Origin: Rickettsiales bacterium
GTDB taxonomy: Bacteria > Pseudomonadota > Alphaproteobacteria > Rickettsiales > UBA1997
Assembly: GCA_047404215.1 (NCBI GenBank)
Contig: JBDOIV010000038.1
Span: 2,220-66,219, forward strand
Length of the DNA stretch: 64,000 bases
Direction: 5' to 3'
A program made the position numbers and the translations under genes. The stretch's first letter is position 1; each line of letters starts with the position of its first letter. The notes beneath the pieces are model-generated. The model was not told the origin of the DNA and did no database searches. It saw only the letters and a list, made by a program, of their open reading frames with translations. Positions 36,669 through 45,060 of the stretch are shown here, in pieces.

Positions 36669-37418
36669 ATGGCTGGACATTCAAAATTTGCTAATATTAA
36701 GCATAGAAAAGGCGCTCAAGACAAAAAAAGAGCAAAATTCTTCACAAAATTATTGAAGGAAATCACAGTTGCTGCTAAAACTGGCCAACCAGATGCTAAT
36801 TTTAATCCAAGACTGAGAACTGCGATAATTGATGCTAGATCAAGCAATGTGCCAAAAGATAGAATTGAGGCTGCAATAAAAAAAGTTGCTTCTGGGGCCG
36901 ATACTAGCAATTATGATGAAATTCGTTATGAAGGCTATGGGTCGGCTGGGATTGCTTTTATTGTTGAGGCTATGACTGACAATAAAAATCGTACTGCTGG
37001 TGAAGTTAGAAGTATTTTTACTAAAGCTGGTGGCTCTTTAGGTGAAACTGGGTCGGTAAATTTTATGTTTGATCATGTTGGAGTAATTACTTATGAAGGT
37101 AATAAGGCTAGTGAAGATGAGTTTTTTGAATTTGCATTAGACGCGGGCGCTGATGATGTTGAATCTAGTGAGGATATGCATATTGCCTATACCCAAATTG
37201 AAAACTTTACTGAGTCTAGGGATAAGTTAATTGAAAAATTCGGCGATCCATCTTCTGCTAAAATTGAATGGAAGGCGAAAGAGACTATAAAGGTTGATGA
37301 TTTAGAGAAAGCGCAAAAAATTCTAAAACTTGTTGATACCCTAGAAGACTGCGATGATGTACAAAATGTATTTGGAAATTTTGACTTTACCGATGAAGTT
37401 GCTCAAGGATTAGAATAG
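36669..37418 (+). CDS. YebC/PmpR family DNA-binding transcriptional regulator
   Basis: MAGHSKFANIKHRKG N-terminus with full-length YebC similarity. Confidence 0.93.
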   Translation: MAGHSKFANIKHRKGAQDKKRAKFFTKLLKEITVAAKTGQPDANFNPRLRTAIIDARSSNVPKDRIEAAIKKVASGADTSNYDEIRYEGYGSAGIAFIVEAMTDNKNRTAGEVRSIFTKAGGSLGETGSVNFMFDHVGVITYEGNKASEDEFFEFALDAGADDVESSEDMHIAYTQIENFTESRDKLIEKFGDPSSAKIEWKAKETIKVDDLEKAQKILKLVDTLEDCDDVQNVFGNFDFTDEVAQGLE

Positions 37419-37457
37419 ATAGATTTTTCTTTATTTTCAGATTGCCATATATTAATC

Positions 37458-37485
37458 TTGACATTTAAAATGAGCGTTGTATAAT
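37458..37485 (+). promoter_or_regulatory. Copy of the conserved promoter cassette (TTGACA-16-TATAAT)
   Basis: ttgacatttaaaatgagcgttgtataat, located 272 nt upstream of the ankyrin gene and ahead of a second promoter. Confidence 0.45.
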
Positions 37486-37648
37486 AATATTAGCAGTTGA
37501 TATTATTTATATTTTCTGTTATCAGGCTTATAATTTGCCTACCCTGTGCTAAAATTCTTGCTTAAACATAAAAAAGATCCTTAGAAGAGTCTGGGTATTT
37601 TTGACACACTCTAGGCTGTCATTTAAAAAATCAAAGAATATTTTATGC

Positions 37649-37677
37649 TTGCAAGCAAACCGTAAATGTGATATAAT
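37649..37677 (+). promoter_or_regulatory. sigma70-type promoter with extended -10 for the ankyrin gene
   Basis: TTGCAA, 17-nt spacer, TGaTATAAT followed by taaatta. Confidence 0.55.
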
Positions 37678-37756
37678 TAAATTATAGATATAATTCAGGT
37701 GCAATAGTTACTATTTTTATAATTATTGGCCTTAATATTAATTAGTTTCTTAAATA

Positions 37757-40700
37757 ATGGGTAACTTGTTTTTAGAATGTAAATATGGTAATTTAAGAAG
37801 AGTGAAAGTATTATTAGAAAAAGGTGCAGATCCCAATCAAGCAAGAGCTAGTGATGGCGCAACTCCTTTATATCTCGCCGCTTTACAAGGTCACAATGAG
37901 GTTGTAATTACATTATTAGAAAAAGGTGCAGATCCTAATCTAGCAAGAACTGCTAATGGCGCAACTCCTTTATATCTCGCCGCTCAACTAGGTCACAATG
38001 AGGTCGTAACTTCATTATTAGAAAAAGGTGCAGATCCTAATCTAGCAAGAACTTCTAATGGCACAACTCCTTTACATATTGCTGCTAGTCTTGAGAGGTC
38101 AGATATTGTAACTTTATTATTGCAGGCAGGTGCTGATCCTCTTCTAAAAGACATGGAAGGTAACACTGCCGCTGGAATGATAATAAATGCGATAGAGAAT
38201 GATAAAAAGTTGATTGAGGGCATTAATGGCAATGATTTAAAAAAAGTGTCGGAGGCATTGCATAGTGGTGCCAAACCCAATCGGATAAAACATAGGGGCA
38301 AAACCCCCTTACTTATAGCTGTTCAAAATGGTAATTTAGAAATTGTAGCTTTATTACTAGAAAAAGGCGCTGATGTTAATCAAGGAAGCAATAAAGGTAA
38401 AACCCCTTTATATAAAGCTTCTGCAAATGGTCTCGGAAAAATAGTAGAAACATTGTTAGGTGCTGGAGCCAGTGTTGATAAAGTAAGAACGGTCGACGGC
38501 GAGACTTCTTTGATGATCGCTTCTTTCAATGGCCATGCAGATATTGTAAAAACATTATTAAAACAAGGCGCTAATCCTAACCAAAAGAGAGTTAGTGATG
38601 GAGTAACTCCTTTACAGTGGGCCGCCATTAAAGGTAACGCTGAAATTGCAAAAGAGTTATTGGGGGCAAATGACATAGATGTTAGTCAAGCAAGTAATCT
38701 GGGTAAAGCTCCTTTATATATGGCTTCTCAAGAGGGTAATTTAGAAATTGTATCTTTATTATTAGAAAAAGGCGCCGATGTTAGTCAAGCAAGCAGTAAA
38801 GGTAAAACTCCTTTATATATCGCTTCTCAAGAGGGTGATTTAGAAATTGTATCTTTATTATTAGAAAAAGGCGCCGATGTTAGTCAAGCAAGCAGTAAAG
38901 GTAAAACTCCTTTATATATCGCTTCTCAAGAGGGTGATTTAGAAATTGTAAAAGTATTGCTGGGGGCAGGTGGCATAGATGTTAATCAAGCAAGCAGTAA
39001 AGGTAAAACTCCTTTATATATCGCTTCTCAAGAGGGTAATTTAGAAATTGTATCTTTATTATTAGAAAAAGGCGCCGATGTTAATCAAGTAAGCAATAAA
39101 GGTAAAACTCCTTTATATATAGCTGCTGAAAATGGTAATTTAGAAACTTTATCTTTATTATTAGAAAAAGGCTCTGATATTAACCAAGCAAGCAATAAAG
39201 GTAAAACTCCTTTATATATAGCTGTTGAAAATGGTAATTTAGAAATTGTAGCTGCATTGTTAAATGCCGGGGCAGATATTGATCAAGCAAGAACTGATAA
39301 TGGCGCAACTCCTTTACATATGGCTGCTAGTCTTGAGAGTTCAGATATTGTAACTTTATTATTGCAGGCAGGTGCTGATCCTCTTCTAAAAGACATGGAA
39401 GGTAACGCTGCCGCTGCGATAGCCGGCAAATCTAGGCGCATAGATAATATGAGAATGATAATAAGTGCGATAGAAAATGATAAAAAGTTGATTGAGGGCG
39501 TTAATGGCAATGATTTAGAAAAAGTGTCGGAGGCATTGAATAGTGGTGCCAAACCCAATCGGATAAAACATGAGGGCAGAGCTCCTTTATGGATAGCTGC
39601 TCAAAGTGATAATTTAGAAATTGTATCTTTATTGCTAGAAAAAAGAGCTGATGTTAATCAAGCAAGCAATAAAGGTAAAACTCCTTTATATATAGCTGTT
39701 GAAAATAGTAATTTAGAAATTGTAAAAGTATTATTGGGGGCGGATGGCATAGATGTTAATCAAGTAGAGCGTGATGAGTTGATTAGCCCCTTACATATGG
39801 CCTCTTCCGAAGATAATTTAGAAATTGCAGAAGCATTGTTGGGGGCGGATCACATAGAAGTTGATCAGAGAGATTTTTTTGATACCACTCCTTTGATAAT
39901 CGCTGTGTACAATGGTTTTAAAGAAATCGTAACTGCATTGTTAAATGCTGGTGCAGATCCCAATCTAGCAGCGAGAATTGATAATGGCGTAACTCCTTTA
40001 TGGATAGCTGCTAAAAATGGCGATATAGATGTTATAAAAGAACTAATAGCAGCTAAAGCAGGCCTTGACAAAGCAAATAATAGCGGCATAACTCCTTTAT
40101 GGATAGCTGCTTCAGAAGGTCACAATGAGGTTGTAATTACATTATTAGAAAAAGGTGCAGATCCTAATCTAGCAAGAACTGCTAATGGCGCAACTCCTTT
40201 ACATATTGCTTCTCAAGAAGGTTACAATGAGGTCGTAACTTCATTGTTAGCAGCTAAAGCAGACCTAAATAAAGCAACTGACGAGGGTGCAACTCCTTTA
40301 TTTATCGCCGCTTTACAAGGTTACAGTGGCGTCGTAACTGCATTATTAGAAAAAGGTGTAGATCCTAATCTAGCAAGAACTGCTGATGGCGCAACTCCTT
40401 TACATATTGCTTCTCAAGAAGGTTACAATGAGGTCGTAACTTCATTATTAGCAGCTAAAGCAGACCTAAATAAAGCAACTGACGAAGGTGCAACTCCTTT
40501 ATTTTTCGCCGCTTTACAAGGTCACAATGAGGTTGTAATTACATTATTAGAAAAAGGTGCAGATCCTAATCTAGCAAGAACTGCTAATGGCGCAACTCCT
40601 TTACATATGGCTGCTAGTCTTGAGAGTTCAGATATTGTAACCTTATTATTGCAAGCAGGTGCTGATCCTCTTCTAAAAGACAGGGATGGTAACACTGCCG

Positions 40701-41629
40701 CTGTGATGGCTGGTAAATCTAGGCGCATAGATAATATGAGAATGATAATAAATGCGATAGAAAATGATAAAAAGTTGATTGAGGGCGTTAATAACAATGA
40801 TTTAAAAAAAGTGTCGGAGGCATTGGATATTGGTGCCAACCCCAATCGGATAAAACATGGGGGCAAAACCCCCTTACTTATAGCTGTTCAAAGTGATAAT
40901 TTAGAAATTGTAACTGCATTAATAGAAGCAGGTGCAGATCCCAATCAAGCAAGAACTGATAATGGATCAACCCCTTTGTTTATAGCTGCTCAAAGTGATA
41001 ATTTAGAAATTGTAACTGCATTATTAGCAGCTAAAGCAGATCTAAATAAAGCAAGAACTGATAATGGCGCAACTCCTTTACTTGCTACCGCTTATCAAGG
41101 TCATGCTGAGATTGCAACTGTATTAATGGAAGCAGGTGCAGATCCCAATCAAGCAACAACTAATGGTGGCGATACTGCTTTAATGGTGGCTGCGTATAAT
41201 GGCCACCTAGAGGTCGCAACTGCATTATTAGCATCTAAAGCAGACCTAAATAAAGCAAGAACTGATAATGGCGCAACTCCTTTATATGTAGCTGCTCAAA
41301 ATTGCCATATAGATGTTGTAAAAGAACTAATAGCAGCTAAAGCAGACCTAAATAAAGCAAGAACTGATACTAGATCAACTCCTTTACATATTGCTGCTAG
41401 TCTTGAGAGGTCAGATATTGTAACTTTATTATTGCAGAAGGGCGCTGATCCTTTTCTAAAAGATGATCAGGGGATTGCCGCTGCTATGATAGTTGCTAAT
41501 CGTGGAGGTCTTAGAGAAATTGAGCCACTACTGAATGCGAGGCTCCCAGGCTCTAGCGTTACAGATCCTATATTCGGTGCTCCTACTTGCAAAACCTCGC
41601 TAGACAAGCCTTTCGAGAAAGGGAATTGA
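37757..41629 (+). CDS. Giant ankyrin-repeat protein (about three dozen 33-aa ANK units in four arrays)
   Basis: 1290 aa made almost entirely of G.TPL..A...G..E(I/V)V..LL..GAD.N repeats, with three copies of a non-ANK linker module. Confidence 0.95.
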   Translation: MGNLFLECKYGNLRRVKVLLEKGADPNQARASDGATPLYLAALQGHNEVVITLLEKGADPNLARTANGATPLYLAAQLGHNEVVTSLLEKGADPNLARTSNGTTPLHIAASLERSDIVTLLLQAGADPLLKDMEGNTAAGMIINAIENDKKLIEGINGNDLKKVSEALHSGAKPNRIKHRGKTPLLIAVQNGNLEIVALLLEKGADVNQGSNKGKTPLYKASANGLGKIVETLLGAGASVDKVRTVDGETSLMIASFNGHADIVKTLLKQGANPNQKRVSDGVTPLQWAAIKGNAEIAKELLGANDIDVSQASNLGKAPLYMASQEGNLEIVSLLLEKGADVSQASSKGKTPLYIASQEGDLEIVSLLLEKGADVSQASSKGKTPLYIASQEGDLEIVKVLLGAGGIDVNQASSKGKTPLYIASQEGNLEIVSLLLEKGADVNQVSNKGKTPLYIAAENGNLETLSLLLEKGSDINQASNKGKTPLYIAVENGNLEIVAALLNAGADIDQARTDNGATPLHMAASLESSDIVTLLLQAGADPLLKDMEGNAAAAIAGKSRRIDNMRMIISAIENDKKLIEGVNGNDLEKVSEALNSGAKPNRIKHEGRAPLWIAAQSDNLEIVSLLLEKRADVNQASNKGKTPLYIAVENSNLEIVKVLLGADGIDVNQVERDELISPLHMASSEDNLEIAEALLGADHIEVDQRDFFDTTPLIIAVYNGFKEIVTALLNAGADPNLAARIDNGVTPLWIAAKNGDIDVIKELIAAKAGLDKANNSGITPLWIAASEGHNEVVITLLEKGADPNLARTANGATPLHIASQEGYNEVVTSLLAAKADLNKATDEGATPLFIAALQGYSGVVTALLEKGVDPNLARTADGATPLHIASQEGYNEVVTSLLAAKADLNKATDEGATPLFFAALQGHNEVVITLLEKGADPNLARTANGATPLHMAASLESSDIVTLLLQAGADPLLKDRDGNTAAVMAGKSRRIDNMRMIINAIENDKKLIEGVNNNDLKKVSEALDIGANPNRIKHGGKTPLLIAVQSDNLEIVTALIEAGADPNQARTDNGSTPLFIAAQSDNLEIVTALLAAKADLNKARTDNGATPLLATAYQGHAEIATVLMEAGADPNQATTNGGDTALMVAAYNGHLEVATALLASKADLNKARTDNGATPLYVAAQNCHIDVVKELIAAKADLNKARTDTRSTPLHIAASLERSDIVTLLLQKGADPFLKDDQGIAAAMIVANRGGLREIEPLLNARLPGSSVTDPIFGAPTCKTSLDKPFEKGN
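38739..38950 (+). repeat. Perfect tandem duplication with a 99-bp (one ANK unit) period
   Basis: 38761-38859 and 38860-38950 are identical over at least 91 nt, and identity extends about 22 nt to the left. Confidence 0.9.
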
Positions 41630-41746
41630 TTAAAGCAGGCTTACACAAAGACATAGAAGTGGCAACTAAGGTGCAAATAAAGTTCTTGGCAAATTAAAAG
41701 ATTACTGTAAGAGTCTTGACTTCATTTAAATAAAGATTAGCAAAAT

Positions 41747-41775
41747 TTGACAAAAAATTCTTTATATGCTATAAT
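41747..41775 (+). promoter_or_regulatory. sigma70-type promoter with extended -10 for argC
   Basis: TTGACA, 17-nt spacer, TGcTATAAT. Confidence 0.5.
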
Positions 41776-41820
41776 TTTAATATAGATAATAAGATTTACC
41801 AAAATAACAATATATAAGCT

Positions 41821-42868
41821 ATGGCTAAATTAAAAGTAGCGGTTCTTGGGGCTTCAGGCTATACTGGCGCTGAACTAATTAGGTTACTGCTCAATCACAA
41901 TGAAGTAGAAATCTCGGCTTTGGTCGCTAATTCAAATGCTGGGCAAAATATTGCTGATATTTATAACCATTTCACGCATTTTGATTTACCGCGGCTAAAA
42001 AAAAGTGGATCAGGTTGATTTTGCTAAAATCGATGTCGCATTCTGCTGCTTGCCACATACCACTTCGCAGGAAATAATTGCGCAAATTATTGCCTCGAAA
42101 GCTAATCCTGAGCTGAAAATCATTGATTTATCGGCTGATTTTAGGCTTGATGATGTTGAAAATTATCAAAAATGGTATGGTAACGAGCATAAAGCTAAGG
42201 ATATCCAGTCAAGCGCGGTTTACGGCCTTAGCGAGATTAATAAAGCTAAGATTAAGAATTCCAACTTGGTAGCATGCCCTGGCTGCTATCCAACATCAGC
42301 TCTTTTGCCTTTATTACCATTGCTTGAATATAAGTTAATTAAGTCAGAAAATATCATCATTGATTCAAAATCAGGTGTTAGCGGTGCAGGGCGCGCTTCG
42401 AAAGTAGCTAATTTATTCGCTGAAGTTAATGAGTCATGCAAAGCTTATGGCATTGGTACTCATCGTCATATTGGCGAAATTGAGCAAGAATTGTCAAAAG
42501 TTGCTGATGGCGATATCGAAATTGACTTTACCCCACATTTATTACCGATAAATCGTGGTATTATCTCAACTATTTACGTCGATATTGACGACAAATTTAC
42601 TATTGATGACCTGAAAAACTGTCTAAATACTAGATATCAGGATGAGTATTTCGTAACCATTAGTGATAATGTCCAGATTAGCGATGTTAAGGCAACAAAT
42701 TTTTGCCATATTAGTGTCAATAAGGCTAGGTCAGGCAATAAAGCGGTGATAGTTAGTGTTATTGATAATTTGTGCAAAGGAGCTTCTGGGCAAGCGGTAC
42801 AGAATATGAATATTATATTTGGGTTTGATGAGAGGCTTGGGTTGACCAATGCGCCATTATTTCCTTAA
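41821..42868 (+). pseudogene. argC: N-acetyl-gamma-glutamyl-phosphate reductase, frameshifted in an A8 run
   Basis: ORFs 41821..42018 ([12 protein letters not shown]) and 42005..42868 (PGCYPT) together make a full ArgC. Removing one A from 41997-42004 gives ...[24 protein letters not shown]. Confidence 0.85.
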
Positions 42869-42914
42869 AAATCAAAATATTCTGTGATATTTGTCCGTTT
42901 TTGATTTTTTATTT

Positions 42915-43063
42915 GTCACCAGCGAGGAGTCTTGGCGACGTGACAATCTAATGGATCGCCGCGCTGACGCTCGCGATGACAAAGGAAGGGGATTGCGATA
43001 ACAAAAGAAGAGGTAATCCAACTACAGCGTCATTAAAGAGGAGCGGTAGCGACGCGGCAATCT
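42915..43063. repeat. Three clustered copies (direct, inverted, direct) of the GC-rich interspersed repeat
   Basis: 42915-42949 gtcaccagcgaggagtcttggcgacgtgacaatct; 42954-42980, reverse complement gtcatcgcgagcgtcagcgcggcgatc; 43029-43063 gtcattaaagaggagcggtagcgacgcggcaatct. Confidence 0.65.
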
Positions 43064-43086
43064 AAAAATATAGTAAATTTTAACTT

Positions 43087-44424
43087 ATGACTACAATTTT
43101 CGCCCCAATAACATCTTTAAGTGCTTCTAGCGTGATTTTACTGAGGATATCTGGTGAAAAAGCTATCGATTGCCTTAAAAATCTTGACTTTAAAGCTGAC
43201 CTCACCCCTAGCCAAGTGCAATTTGGTAATATCTATGATCAAAATGGTGAAATTCTTGATCAGGTGGTTGTTACTTATTTTAAAGCTCCATATAGCTTCA
43301 CTGGTGAAGATGTTGTTGAAATATCGCTGCACGGTTCTAGTTATATCTATAACCAAGTAAGTGCAATATTGCTAAAAGTTGATGATGTTAAATTAGCTCA
43401 AGCTGGTGAGTTTTCAAAAAGAGCCTTCCTCAATAATAAATTTGACCTAGTGCAAGCTGAAGCGATCGTTGATCTGGTCAATTGCCAGACTGATCTGCAG
43501 CATAAGCAAGCGCTTAAGCAGCTTCGCGGTAATCTAGGTAGAATTTACGATGATTGGCGAGGGCAAATCATCAATATTTTAGCTCTAATTGAAAGTTTTA
43601 TTGATTTTCCCGACGAGGATATTCCGCAAGATCTAACCAATCAGGTTCGGGCTAATGTTCTGTCGCTAACTGATCAAATTAAATCACATCTTGACGATAA
43701 TAAAAAGGGTCAAAAAGTCCATGATGGCTTAAAAATGGCGATAATTGGCGCCCCCAATGTTGGTAAATCATCTTTGTTAAATTTCTTAGCGCAAAGCGAA
43801 GTGGCAATTGTCTCTGATATTGCTGGCACCACTAGGGATATTATCGATGTCAGCTTGGATATTGCTGGCGTACCCGTTAAAATATCGGACACCGCTGGCA
43901 TTAGAGCTAGTAAAGATGTAATTGAGCAAGAAGGAATCAAAAGAGCAATCAATAAAGCTCAAGATTGCGATATAATTATCATTTTATCGGATTTGGCTCA
44001 TCAAAATGATGAAATTAGCAATTATATCAATGAAAAAATATCTCAAATCGAAGATTTATCTGAAAAATCAGTAATTCGATTATTTAACAAACTTGATCTT
44101 AAAGATAATGCTGATAAAGAAGACTGCGATCTCGAAATTTCGTTAAAAGAACAGCAAAACCTTGATCAGCTACTAGCTTTAATCGAAGTAAAAGTACAGG
44201 AGTTAATACCAGATCTCAATGAAACTTTAATCACCAAGCAAAGATATCGCGATAATTTGACTGAGGCCTTGGAATATCTTCAAGAATTTAATTTAGATAA
44301 AAATATTGAGCTTGCTGGTGAAGATCTTCGCATAGCAGCTACTGCCATTGGTAAAATCACCGGTAAAATCGAAGTTGACAATATTCTAGATGTAATTTTC
44401 TCAAAATTTTGTATTGGTAAGTGA
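43087..44424 (+). CDS. mnmE: tRNA modification GTPase MnmE
   Basis: G-domain motifs GAPNVGKSSLLN and DTAGIR, with the C-terminal FCIGK. Confidence 0.95.
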   Translation: MTTIFAPITSLSASSVILLRISGEKAIDCLKNLDFKADLTPSQVQFGNIYDQNGEILDQVVVTYFKAPYSFTGEDVVEISLHGSSYIYNQVSAILLKVDDVKLAQAGEFSKRAFLNNKFDLVQAEAIVDLVNCQTDLQHKQALKQLRGNLGRIYDDWRGQIINILALIESFIDFPDEDIPQDLTNQVRANVLSLTDQIKSHLDDNKKGQKVHDGLKMAIIGAPNVGKSSLLNFLAQSEVAIVSDIAGTTRDIIDVSLDIAGVPVKISDTAGIRASKDVIEQEGIKRAINKAQDCDIIIILSDLAHQNDEISNYINEKISQIEDLSEKSVIRLFNKLDLKDNADKEDCDLEISLKEQQNLDQLLALIEVKVQELIPDLNETLITKQRYRDNLTEALEYLQEFNLDKNIELAGEDLRIAATAIGKITGKIEVDNILDVIFSKFCIGK

Positions 44425-44597
44425 CAAAATATTTTATTTACAAAAAATTATTTTGTCATCCTGAGGTTTTAGAATTTCCAACTGAAGTCGTAAAAAATAT
44501 AATTGATCCTAAGTCGCTACAAATCCATTAACTAGCAACATCTTGTATTGTATTATTTTAAGGTTCTTCTATGGTAGAATAAGGTATATTAGGTTTA

Positions 44598-44647
44598 TCG
44601 GCGGGCACCGCGGGTGAGCGTGGGACGGTCGACCATGCGGCCGCGAG
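44598..44647. repeat. GC-rich palindrome cluster in an AT-rich spacer
   Basis: cggcgggcaccgcgggtgagcgtgggacggtcgaccatgcggccgcgag contains ccgcgg, ggtcgacc and gcggccgc. Confidence 0.7.
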
Positions 44648-44792
44648 AAAAAATTACTGTCATTCAAAAGCGTTAGAAGCTATTTTTACTTTGCCATTCA
44701 GAGGCTTAAGAGCTCTTTTAGAGTTAGTTGTCGATGAAATCTATTTAAGATAGAATATTTTGTTTTGTGCTGCTAACTATTTCGTCATTATG

Positions 44793-44901
44793 TCAGATTT
44801 GTTCCATCAAAATGATGAAATCAGTAGTTATATAAATGAAAAAATTGCTAAAATTGAAAATTTAAGTGAGAAATCGGTACTTCGATTATTTAATAAGTTT
44901 G
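44793..44901 (+). pseudogene. Diverged duplicate of an internal mnmE segment (matches 43987-44095)
   Basis: SDLFHQNDEISSYINEKIAKIENLSEKSVLRLFNKF versus SDLAHQNDEISNYINEKISQIEDLSEKSVIRLFNKL. Most nucleotides match by eye over about 108 nt. Confidence 0.8.
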
Positions 44902-44980
44902 GTAATATCTTATATTACTTTTTGTCAATATTTTTTCAGAATATTTATTGTATCAGAATATAGATATTATTTGCATAAAG

Positions 44981-45022
44981 ATAATAGTATGTTGTATTTA
45001 TGTAAATACAGCATACTATTAT
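44981..45022. repeat. 42-bp near-perfect palindrome (20-bp arms, one mismatch) 39 nt upstream of the 45061 ATG
   Basis: ataatagtatgttgtattta tg taaatacagcatactattat. Confidence 0.85.
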
Positions 45023-45060
45023 AAACAGTAAGAAAGTAATTATAGTAATCTGAAAAATTA

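Noticed and set aside
37993-40866. Series of 74-114 aa minus-strand ORFs within the ankyrin gene
   Set aside because: They are the repetitive antisense reading frame of ANK repeats. They recur because the sense repeats recur, not because they code for anything.
44760-44963. 67-aa ORF as a real small gene
   Set aside because: Its middle is a diverged copy of an internal mnmE segment. It starts at a TTG and runs into AT-rich spacer, so I interpret it as a gene fragment rather than a functional gene.
44425-45060. tRNA, tmRNA or SRP RNA in the long spacers (also 49096-49496, 37419-37756 and 10290-10555)
   Set aside because: I could not fold any cloverleaf with conserved T-loop (GTTCRA) or D-loop features. 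I found no SRP GGAAGCAGCC-type motif and no tmRNA tag ORF or CCA-acceptor context. The GC-rich stretches are palindromes, not tRNA arms.
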